In this document: in pieces, positions 25,179-32,000 of the stretch | How positions within the stretch are numbered: position 1 is the stretch's first letter | How the letters are laid out: the number at the start of each line of letters is the position of its first letter | Source of the DNA: Microcystis aeruginosa NIES-2549 | Lineage (GTDB): Bacteria > Cyanobacteriota > Cyanobacteriia > Cyanobacteriales > Microcystaceae | Reading direction: 5' to 3' | Assembly: GCF_000981785.2 (NCBI RefSeq) | Contig: NZ_CP011304.1 | Location: 3,690,001-3,722,000 of the forward strand | DNA: 32,000 nucleotides | Translations under genes and position numbers: made by a program | Notes under the pieces: model-generated | What the model was told of the DNA's origin: nothing | Database searches by the model: none | Seen by the model: the letters and a program-made list of their open reading frames with translations, nothing else

Positions 25179-25558
25179 TAGCACCGGTCGTTGGTAGCTT
25201 GAAATCAGAAAGATTTTAATTTTTGTCCCCTTGTAAATTCCCTTTCTGATTTGCTCAAGTCAGTTAAAATCGTCTAATACTAAATCCGTTGAGTATAGGC
25301 TACATATCAGGATAGGCAATCATGCAAGAGGCAAAAGGGAGAATAAATAATCAGTTTTTAATAACCGGATTTAGTCTAATGCCACAGGATTTAGTCGATG
25401 GGAAAATTTTGCCCAATCACGATCATAACAATCCTCTTTTGTCAAGGCAGAAATGTTTAAGAATTGTGTCCCTGTGGTCATTAGTTTTATCCCGACTCTA
25501 TGGCTCTCTCCTCTCCCCTGAAGTCTTAACAAGTAATTGAGATGCACGAGCAGCTAAT

Positions 25559-25909
25559 CTACTGGGAAACCCAAAAAATGCGTCTTTGATTGGGATCCCG
25601 TCGGGGACTTTGTTCCCCCATCACTTGCCGCGCTTGACTAGGATCAAAGCTGCGAGTAAATTGATCTCGCAATTGATTAACCCGTTCCTCTTTTTCTTGG
25701 GCTGCCAAACGCACTTCTTCTAATTTTGTTTGTTGCATCTGTTGGTAGGGTAACAAACGAGCGATCGCAAAAACTGCCGTGATCGAAAGAGCGCTATAGG
25801 CAATAATTCGCAGCCAAATCTCGATAACTTGCCAGTTTTGGGATTTATTGCCGCTTTTTGGCTTTTTTTGTGTTTTTTTGTCGGTTTGGTTTCGTGTTCG
25901 TGCGGTCAT
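25559..25909 (-). CDS. hypothetical membrane protein: basic N-terminus, one TM helix, coiled coil (FtsB/DivIC-like architecture)
   Basis: 116 aa. It has a Lys-rich N-terminus, the TM segment IEIWLRIIAYSALSITAVFAIARLL, then a heptad-like charged region (QTKLEEVRLAAQEKEERVNQLRDQF). The function is a guess from architecture only. Confidence 0.55.
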   Translation of the reverse strand: MTARTRNQTDKKTQKKPKSGNKSQNWQVIEIWLRIIAYSALSITAVFAIARLLPYQQMQQTKLEEVRLAAQEKEERVNQLRDQFTRSFDPSQARQVMGEQSPRRDPNQRRIFWVSQ

Positions 25910-25998
25910 AGATTTATGAGTATAAGTAAAACCGGTCAGAAAAGTGGCTAATTACTTTTAAGTTACACCCAATCACCGATAACTGATAACCGATAACC

Positions 25999-26050
25999 AA
26001 AAAAACCCCAATCGGTCTATCCTATAGGTAGGTCAGACGGGATTAGGGTT
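25999..26050 (-). terminator. rho-independent terminator of psaM
   Basis: On the minus strand after the psaM stop, AACCCUAAUC (26050-26041) pairs with GAUUGGGGUU (26013-26004). This is a 10-bp stem with one G-U pair and a structured loop, followed by a U run (A run 25999-26005 on the plus strand). Confidence 0.6.
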
Positions 26051-26064
26051 TATTGAAAGCGGTT

Positions 26065-26157
26065 TTACTTATAAAGTTCCGTCGCTAGACGAAAAGCCAA
26101 AATCCCGGGGATTAAAGCAATTACCAGAGCGACTAAAACTTGAGTATCAGAAAGCAT
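26065..26157 (-). CDS. psaM: photosystem I reaction-centre subunit XII
   Basis: Hand translation of the minus strand gives MLSDTQVLVALVIALIPGILAFRLATELYK* (30 aa). This closely matches the PsaM consensus as I recall it (M..TDTQV.VALVIAL.P..LAFRL.TELYK). GAGGAG lies about 10 nt upstream of the ATG. It is below the ORF-track length cutoff. Confidence 0.88.
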   Translation of the reverse strand: MLSDTQVLVALVIALIPGILAFRLATELYK

Positions 26158-26346
26158 TGCTGATTATCTCCTCATAAAGATATTCATCCAATACTTTCCG
26201 ACATCATCGGGGTTCTCTGCATCATTTCGTTACAAGACTTCATATCTCCCCACCCCGATGACGGTTATCTCCCCTAGAAAAGAAAGTTGTAAAAGCGTTA
26301 AGCTGAGGTATTGCCATGATTACATTTATTTTTACCTGCGGCCTCA

Positions 26347-27066
26347 ATGTTAGACTCGCTCCTTGATTCATCTCTAACCCTTAGTCTAAAAACCCCGTTA
26401 ATTCTGTTGGTTCTCATTGCCCTAGAAGCGGTATTATCAGCAGATAACGCCATTGCTCTCGCTTCCATAGCACAGGGATTAGGAGATCATCAGCGTCAAC
26501 GTCAGGCCTTGAATATTGGCTTAGTTTTCGCCTATATTCTCCGTATGGTCTTGATTCTTACCGCCACCTGGGTGGTTAAATACTGGCAGTTTGAACTTTT
26601 GGGAGCAGTATATTTGCTCTGGTTAGTCTTTAATTACTTTGCCTCCCCCGAAGACAAGGATCACACCCATCATAGTCTCCAGTTTCAATCTCTCTGGCAA
26701 GCTATCCCCCTAATTGCCGTTACCGATTTAGCTTTTTCCCTTGATAGTGTCACCACTTCCATTGCCGTGGCCGATGATACTTGGTTGATCCTGCTTGGTG
26801 GTACGATCGGAGTAGTTACCCTGCGCTTTATGGCGGGTTTATTTATTCGCTGGTTAGAGGAATACACCCACCTAGAAGATGCTGGTTTTGTCACCGTCGG
26901 TTTGGTGGGTTTAAGATTGCTGTTGCGGGTGATTAATCCCGATTTTGTGCCGCCAGAATGGATTATGATTAGTTTAATTGCTATCCTCTTTGCTTGGGGT
27001 TTCTCAAAACGCAATGATCGAGAACCAGTAGAGAGTGATACCATCCAATCTGATAAATTGCCATAA
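26347..27066 (+). CDS. TerC-family integral membrane protein
   Basis: 239 aa, multi-pass membrane protein with the TerC-type motif LEAVLSADNAIALA and a second half-repeat (DLAFSLDSVTTSIAV). Confidence 0.8.
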   Translation: MLDSLLDSSLTLSLKTPLILLVLIALEAVLSADNAIALASIAQGLGDHQRQRQALNIGLVFAYILRMVLILTATWVVKYWQFELLGAVYLLWLVFNYFASPEDKDHTHHSLQFQSLWQAIPLIAVTDLAFSLDSVTTSIAVADDTWLILLGGTIGVVTLRFMAGLFIRWLEEYTHLEDAGFVTVGLVGLRLLLRVINPDFVPPEWIMISLIAILFAWGFSKRNDREPVESDTIQSDKLP

Positions 27067-27073
27067 AATAATC

Positions 27074-27143
27074 ATCAGGAGTCAGTCATCAGTGATCGGA
27101 TTTGAGTTTTCAGTTCACTGATTACTGTTTACTGTTCACTGTC
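27074..27143. repeat. heptamer-periodic repeat tract (CAGT/CTGTTTA types)
   Basis: ...CAGGAGTCAGTCATCAGTGATCGG...CAGTTCA CTGATTA CTGTTTA CTGTTCA CTGTCGG. The 7-nt periodicity is clearest over 27111-27145. Confidence 0.7.
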
Positions 27144-27153
27144 GGGAGAATCC

Positions 27154-27313
27154 CTAGTGGTCTGTCAAAGCAATTATGTCGGATAATAGGAATGTAAATA
27201 AGCTAACCCCGAAAAACAATGCCAGCCAAACAATACATTGTCTGCTTAACTGAAGATGCCCGAATTAAATTAAAAAGATTGTATCCGTCAATAACATCTT
27301 GACAGACCACTAG
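27154..27313. mobile_element. MITE, deletion derivative of an IS630-family element
   Basis: CTAGTGGTCTGTCAA (27154-27168) is the perfect reverse complement of TTGACAGACCACTAG (27299-27313). This reads as 12-bp TIRs GTGGTCTGTCAA flanked by TA on each side (27155-27156 and 27311-27312), the IS630/Tc1 target duplication. The interior retains a 24-codon ORF MPAKQYIVCLTEDARIKLKRL..., resembling IS630 transposase N-termini. Confidence 0.75.
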
Positions 27314-27321
27314 ACATCATT

Positions 27322-28686
27322 CTAAAAGTCGGCACTCAAGGGGGTACGGGGGAAAGGAATCACATCGCGAATATTGGTCATTCCCGTCATGAATTGTACC
27401 AGACGCTCGAATCCTAAACCAAAACCGGCGTGGGGAACGGAACCGTAGCGACGCAGATCTAAATACCACCACAAATCATCGGGATTCATTCCCTGTTCCT
27501 GCATTCTTTGGATTAATACATCTAATCGTTCTTCCCGTTGGGAACCGCCGATAATTTCGCCGATCTTGGGTGCTAAAATATCCATAGCAGAAACGGTTTT
27601 ATTATTGTCATCTAGACGCATATAAAAAGCTTTGATTGTCTTGGGATAATTGGTGACAATCACGGGTTTTTTAAATAGTTCTTCCGCTAGATAACGTTCG
27701 TGTTCTGACTGTAAATCTACGCCCCATTCTACCGGAAACTCGAACTGACGATCGGCTTTTTCTAATAACTCGATCGCTTCACTGTAGGTAATCCGGCCAA
27801 ACTCACTATTAACGATATTCTCGGCCGTACTTAACACCGTTTTATCGATACGTTCGTTAAAAAACTGCAAATCTTCGGGACAATTTTCTAGGACGAATTT
27901 AAAGATATATTTCAGAAAAGCTTCCGCTAAATCCTGATCTCCTTCCAGATCACAAAAAGCCATTTCCGGTTCCACCATCCAAAACTCGGCCAGATGACGG
28001 GAAGTATTAGAATTTTCGGCGCGAAAAGTCGGGCCAAAAGTGTAAACATTAGATAAAGCCATGGCCATTACTTCCGCTTGTAATTGTCCACTGACGGTTA
28101 AATAGGCCCGTTTACCAAAGAAATCCTCGGCAAAATTAGCTGGTTTTTTTAAATCTAAACTGGTGACAGTAAATAATTCTCCCGCACCTTCGCAGTCGTT
28201 AGCGGTAATAATGGGAGTATGTACCCAAATAAAGCCCTTTTCTTGGAAAAAAGTGTGTATAGCGGTGGCGCAAGCGTTTCTAACCCGCATTACTGCTCCT
28301 AGAGTGTTGGTTCTTGCTCGCAGATGGGCAATGGTTCTCAGAAATTCAAAGGAATGACGTTTCTTTTGTAGGGGATAATCTGGGGGACAGTCACCATAAA
28401 GGGTGATTTCGGCCGCTTTTAACTCGATATTTTGCCCTTTACCCGGGGAAGGAACCAAATTTCCCGAAACAGCGATCGCCGTTCCTGTACTAATTGTTTT
28501 TAGTACATTGTCATAATCGGGTAAAGTCGGTTCGAGGATAACTTGTAAGTTGGCTAGGGATGAGCCATCATTAACTTCCAGGAAAGTAAATTCTTTTAAT
28601 TCTCGTTTTGTTCTCACCCAACCCTGCACGGTGACGGATTGATCCGGTTGTCCTGTTTGAAAGATTTCCTTGATTCTGGTAGTCAT
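27322..28686 (-). CDS. asnS: asparagine--tRNA ligase
   Basis: 454 aa. The N-terminal OB-fold region [30 protein letters not shown] parallels E. coli AsnRS (GWVRTRRDSK..FLAVYDGS). Class II motifs are present, including the C-terminal [10 protein letters not shown]. Confidence 0.93.
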   Translation of the reverse strand: MTTRIKEIFQTGQPDQSVTVQGWVRTKRELKEFTFLEVNDGSSLANLQVILEPTLPDYDNVLKTISTGTAIAVSGNLVPSPGKGQNIELKAAEITLYGDCPPDYPLQKKRHSFEFLRTIAHLRARTNTLGAVMRVRNACATAIHTFFQEKGFIWVHTPIITANDCEGAGELFTVTSLDLKKPANFAEDFFGKRAYLTVSGQLQAEVMAMALSNVYTFGPTFRAENSNTSRHLAEFWMVEPEMAFCDLEGDQDLAEAFLKYIFKFVLENCPEDLQFFNERIDKTVLSTAENIVNSEFGRITYSEAIELLEKADRQFEFPVEWGVDLQSEHERYLAEELFKKPVIVTNYPKTIKAFYMRLDDNNKTVSAMDILAPKIGEIIGGSQREERLDVLIQRMQEQGMNPDDLWWYLDLRRYGSVPHAGFGLGFERLVQFMTGMTNIRDVIPFPRTPLSADF

Positions 28687-28701
28687 CGCTTATCCCTATG
28701 T

Positions 28702-28956
28702 TAAGTGGCTGAGTGGAATTAAATATAAGATGAACGTAGGTTGGGTTGAAGCATGAAACCCAACGCCAGATTATGTTACGCTACCGCTAACCCATCCTAC
28801 AAATAATTGTGTCTCCCTACTTAGAACCAAAGAGTAAGTGGGTGGGTGGAATTAAATATAAGATGAACGTAAGTTGGGTTGAAGCATGAAACCCAACGGC
28901 CGATTATGTTACGCTACCGCTAACCCATCCTACAAATAATTGTGCCTCCCTACTTA
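28702..28956. repeat. two direct copies of a ~122-bp element (period 133 bp), each with an internal hairpin
   Basis: 28713-28823 and 28846-28956 are 111-bp stretches differing at only a few positions (e.g. GTAGG/GTAAG, GCCAG/GGCCG, GTGTC/GTGCC). The similarity extends about 11 bp further left. Each copy contains GTTGGGTT-N9-AACCCAAC (copy 1: 28740-28764). Confidence 0.9.
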
Positions 28957-29007
28957 TTTTAGAATAGAAGGTTCAGATCAGGCTAAAATCAATCTCGAAC
29001 AGGTCTC

Positions 29008-29403
29008 ATGCTTCTGGTGGAAAAATTATTAAGTAAGCCCAAAAGCCGTAAATTAGCGATTTTTTTGGCTTTTATCGGCAGCATTCTCGCTTTACCCTTT
29101 CCTATCGCCGGTATTCATAAATTCTATCTCGGTCAACCTCTCTGGGGAATTATCTATCTTCTCCTCTGGCAAACTCCGATTCCCCGGGTGGCTTGCGCGA
29201 TCGATGCAGTGTGGTATTTAATCCAAGATAACCAATTTTTGGCTAACTATTTTCCCACTGCCACCGCTGCTGCCACTGTACCCAGTTTAGAGCCTAAACA
29301 AGTAGAGGCGATCGGGGCAGCTTTAAGGGAATTAGAGAGCCTCCGGCAAGAAGGATTAATTTCTGAGTACGAATTTGAAGAAAAACGGCGACAACTACTA
29401 TAA
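29008..29403 (+). CDS. TM2-domain membrane protein with C-terminal SHOCT-like domain
   Basis: 131 aa. It has the TM2 signature AGIHKFYLGQPLWGIIYLLL and a SHOCT-like C-terminus LRELESLRQEGLISEYEFEEKRRQLL. Confidence 0.7.
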   Translation: MLLVEKLLSKPKSRKLAIFLAFIGSILALPFPIAGIHKFYLGQPLWGIIYLLLWQTPIPRVACAIDAVWYLIQDNQFLANYFPTATAAATVPSLEPKQVEAIGAALRELESLRQEGLISEYEFEEKRRQLL

Positions 29404-29933
29404 TGACACCGCAAAACTGGTTAGGACGCACTTTTAACCCTTTAAAAGCCAAAATTAGCAATGATCCCTATTATCGCTTTCGTTCCCTCGATGAGATCGC
29501 TATGGCGGCACAATTGGGCATTAAAATTAATGTCAGTCAAGCGGGTGTGGATGATTGGCTGCGATTGCCGGGGATATCCATCCATCAAGCGCGGATGTTG
29601 GTGGAATTGTTGGGTATGGGGGTAGAATTGCTTTGTCTTGAAGATCTAGCCGCTGCTTTGAGTGTTCCTGTGGCTAGATTGAAAGCTTGGGAACCGATTC
29701 TAGAATTTGCCTATTATAGTCCCGAAAGTCACCTCGCACCCCCTAAAATCAATCCTAACACCGCCTCGATCGAGCAGTTAACCACCCTACCCCTGATCAG
29801 CGATAATTTAGCAGCTGCCATTATTAAAAATAGAGAAGAACAGGGATTATTTAAGAATATTGTGGATTTTAAAGGGCGTTTATCCCTAGACGCTCAGGAA
29901 ATCTCCCAATTAATGCACTTTTTTCAGTTTTAA
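29403..29933 (+). CDS. ComEA-like helix-hairpin-helix DNA-binding protein
   Basis: 176 aa. The C-terminal INPNTASIEQLTTLPLISDNLAAAIIKNREEQGLFKNIVDF matches the ComEA HhH pattern (IN-NTA...L..LPGI....A..I...R...G.F....D). The start overlaps the upstream stop (TAATG at 29401-29405), which suggests translational coupling. Confidence 0.7.
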   Translation: MTPQNWLGRTFNPLKAKISNDPYYRFRSLDEIAMAAQLGIKINVSQAGVDDWLRLPGISIHQARMLVELLGMGVELLCLEDLAAALSVPVARLKAWEPILEFAYYSPESHLAPPKINPNTASIEQLTTLPLISDNLAAAIIKNREEQGLFKNIVDFKGRLSLDAQEISQLMHFFQF

Positions 29934-29949
29934 TCCCAAATCCTCAGAA

Positions 29950-29977
29950 CAGGAGTCAGGAGACAGGAGATAGGAGA
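29950..29977. repeat. heptamer tandem repeat (CAGGAGA type)
   Basis: CAGGAGT, CAGGAGA, CAGGAGA, TAGGAGA, followed by a CCCCACA/CTTCCCA-type run up to the gyrA stop. Confidence 0.8.
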
Positions 29978-30026
29978 TTATTTTTATTTATTCTCCCCAC
30001 ACCCCACTTCCCACTTCCCAGCAAAT

Positions 30027-32000
30027 CTAAATGTCTTCAGATTCCTCGCCATCACTAGGGGGAACTAGGGCGACAGCAGCGATCGCATCGTCCTCATCGA
30101 GTTTTTGTACCCGGATACCTCCGGCCGATCGCGATTGAGGAGTAATCGCATCGACGGATTGACGGATGATAATGCCCCGTTCGGTGATAATCATAAATTC
30201 CTCGTTGGGGTTAACAACGTGCAGAGCCGCTAATTTATCGTTCTTTTTGCGGAATTTAATCACTCTGACTCCTAATCCCGCCCGATTTTGCAGACGTAGG
30301 AGGGTAACGGGAACCCGTTTTCCTAGTCCTGCCATGGTAATTGCTAACACCCAGGGGCCATTATTAGCCACTTCGGGGTTAATTTCTTCGCTTTCGTCCT
30401 CGGTTTCTTCTTGGTTAGATTCAGCGATTTGGGCGACAATTTGACTAGGCAGAATGTCCATACTAATTAATTCGTCACCTGAGCGCAATTTCATCGATTT
30501 TACGCCTTTAGTTGCCCTTCCCAAGGAGCGCAATTGTTGACTATCGGCCTTAAAATGAATTGCCATCCCCTGACGAGAACCGATAATGACGCTATCTTCC
30601 TCTTTAGCCAAGCGAACCCAACGCAGTTGATCACCGTCTTCGAGAGAAATGGCGATTAAACCGTTCGATCGAATATTACTAAAGGCAGCGAGGGCGGTTT
30701 TCTTGATAAATCCCTTTTGTGTGAGCATAATCAGGTAATTATCCTCGCTGAACTCGCTGACTGCCACCACCGAGGTGATTTTCTCCCCTTTGGGAATCTC
30801 TAACAGTTGCACGATGGGAACCCCGCGAGCGGTGCGGGAACCGGTGGGGATATGATAGGCATTGAGACTATAGACAACCCCGCGATCGGTGAAAAAGAGG
30901 ACGCTATCGTGATCGCGGCAGGTGATAAAGTGATCGATGCCGTCGTCTTCTTTCATTTTTGCGCCAGCTTTGCCCCTTGTCGCCCGATTTTGGGACTCAA
31001 AGGTATTAACGGGCATTCTTTTGATGTAACCCTGTTCAGTGACGAGAATTAAGGCCTGTTCGTTGGCAATCAGGTCAGTTTCGGCGATTTCTCCTTCCCG
31101 TTGTTCAATATGACTGCGACGGGGGGTAGCGTGAATCGTTTTGATCTGTTGCAGTTCTTCCTCGATAATGCTGTCGATCCGTTCTTTTCTGGCTAAAATA
31201 TCCTGAAGATCGCCGATTTTTGTCAGTAATTCCCCGTGTTCTTGCTGAATTTTCTCCGATTCTAGGGCGGTTAACCGTCGCAGCTGCATTTGTAGGATTG
31301 CGTCCGCTTGCACCTCTGAAAGACCAAAATTCTGCACTAATCCCTCTTTTGCACTAGCTGTGTCGGCAGCACTGCGAATCAGGGCAATGACTGCATCGAG
31401 ACTAGCGAGGGCAATTAGTAAACCCTGAAGGAGATGATCTCTTTCCTCGGCCTTGCGGAGTTCATAACGGGTACGACGGGTGATAACTTCTAGGCGAAAA
31501 TCGAGGAAAACCCGGAGAAACTCCCTTAAAGTCAGTAATCTCGGTTCGTTATCGACTAATGCCAACATATTCGCCCCAAAATTGGACTGGAGGGGCGTTT
31601 GTTTATAAAGATTGTTGAGGACGACGCGGGGATAGGCATCTCGTTTCAGTTCGATCACCACCCGGATGCCGTCGCGATCGCTTTCGTCCCGCACATCGGA
31701 AATACCGTCTATTTTGCGATCATTGACCAAATCGGCGATTTTTTCGATTAATGCCGCTTTATTGGTTTGATAGGGCAGTTCGGTGATGATAATAGCATCT
31801 CGATCGGGTCTTCCCCTTTGTTCGATGGTTTCAATGGTGGCCACTCCCCGCAGGGTAATGGAACCGCGGCCGGTGGTGTAAGCTTCCTGAATGCCGTCTC
31901 TACCGAGGATATGTCCCCCGGTGGGAAAGTCCGGCCCTGGGATATAACGCTGTAATTCCGTATCGGTGAGATCGGGGTTATGGATGAGGGCAACGGTTCC
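30027..32000 (-). CDS. gyrA: DNA gyrase subunit A, C-terminal ~657 aa (5' end beyond right window edge)
   Basis: The frame stays open from 31844 to the window edge (...[61 protein letters not shown]...). It includes the tower and coiled-coil domains, the beta-pinwheel C-terminal domain and an acidic tail (DGEESEDI). Confidence 0.97.
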   Translation of the reverse strand, partial: GTVALIHNPDLTDTELQRYIPGPDFPTGGHILGRDGIQEAYTTGRGSITLRGVATIETIEQRGRPDRDAIIITELPYQTNKAALIEKIADLVNDRKIDGISDVRDESDRDGIRVVIELKRDAYPRVVLNNLYKQTPLQSNFGANMLALVDNEPRLLTLREFLRVFLDFRLEVITRRTRYELRKAEERDHLLQGLLIALASLDAVIALIRSAADTASAKEGLVQNFGLSEVQADAILQMQLRRLTALESEKIQQEHGELLTKIGDLQDILARKERIDSIIEEELQQIKTIHATPRRSHIEQREGEIAETDLIANEQALILVTEQGYIKRMPVNTFESQNRATRGKAGAKMKEDDGIDHFITCRDHDSVLFFTDRGVVYSLNAYHIPTGSRTARGVPIVQLLEIPKGEKITSVVAVSEFSEDNYLIMLTQKGFIKKTALAAFSNIRSNGLIAISLEDGDQLRWVRLAKEEDSVIIGSRQGMAIHFKADSQQLRSLGRATKGVKSMKLRSGDELISMDILPSQIVAQIAESNQEETEDESEEINPEVANNGPWVLAITMAGLGKRVPVTLLRLQNRAGLGVRVIKFRKKNDKLAALHVVNPNEEFMIITERGIIIRQSVDAITPQSRSAGGIRVQKLDEDDAIAAVALVPPSDGEESEDI

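Noticed and set aside
25322-25540. 72-aa ORF (+) in the 25.2-25.5-kb intergenic region
   Set aside because: It has no RBS and an unremarkable AT-rich sequence, and it begins inside the shared 19-mer repeat motif. It is probably non-coding.
26160-26346. yybP-ykoY (Mn) riboswitch upstream of the TerC-family gene
   Set aside because: I could not find the conserved four-helix junction sequence elements of that motif by eye. Only a generic hairpin is present, reported as a low-interest finding.

Overview
Cyanobacterial chromosomal segment, Microcystis-like by inference. Support: housekeeping genes at roughly 40-45% GC by hand count, HIP1 palindromes GCGATCGC (e.g. 8501-8508, 25761-25768, 30079-30086), heptamer STRR-like repeats in most intergenic regions, and photosynthesis genes. 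Core genes recognised: MIF/tautomerase-like protein, psbA (D1, Q130 form), ppk, a flavodiiron protein, upp, ndhO, mdh, an RlmL-like THUMP methyltransferase, psaM (30 aa, absent from the ORF track), a TerC-family protein, asnS, a TM2/SHOCT protein, a ComEA-like HhH protein and the 3' two-thirds of gyrA. psbA is flanked by gene debris: a truncated HTH-domain gene and an IS1634-like transposase fragment. The main feature is a GC-elevated island of about 11 kb (10020-21141) carrying a co-directional triad. Its members are an SNF2 helicase with a C-terminal PD-(D/E)XK-like (DUF3883-type) module, a DUF1156-type Zn-ribbon DPPY methyltransferase, and a DUF499-type P-loop ATPase with an N-terminal HEPN (RNAWAH) domain. 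This matches the predicted but, as far as I know, mechanistically uncharacterised helicase-methylase-ATPase ('Hma'-type) R-M-like defence system. A GxxExxY PD-(D/E)XK gene sits between helicase and methylase. All three junctions of the locus are filled with arrays of one 28-37 bp repeat family (core AACCACAAAGGCACAAAGGACAC, translating as NHKGTKDTK or EPQRHKGH). The same repeat supplies the stop codons of the helicase and the methylase and occurs in frame inside both genes. It forms inverted arrays around the GxxExxY and methylase genes. Other mobile or repeat elements: a 160-bp IS630-derived MITE (27154-27313), a 133-bp-period tandem duplication upstream of asnS, and a GC-rich structured repeat at about 1318-1412. 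All family assignments rest on motif recognition by eye; no database search was possible.
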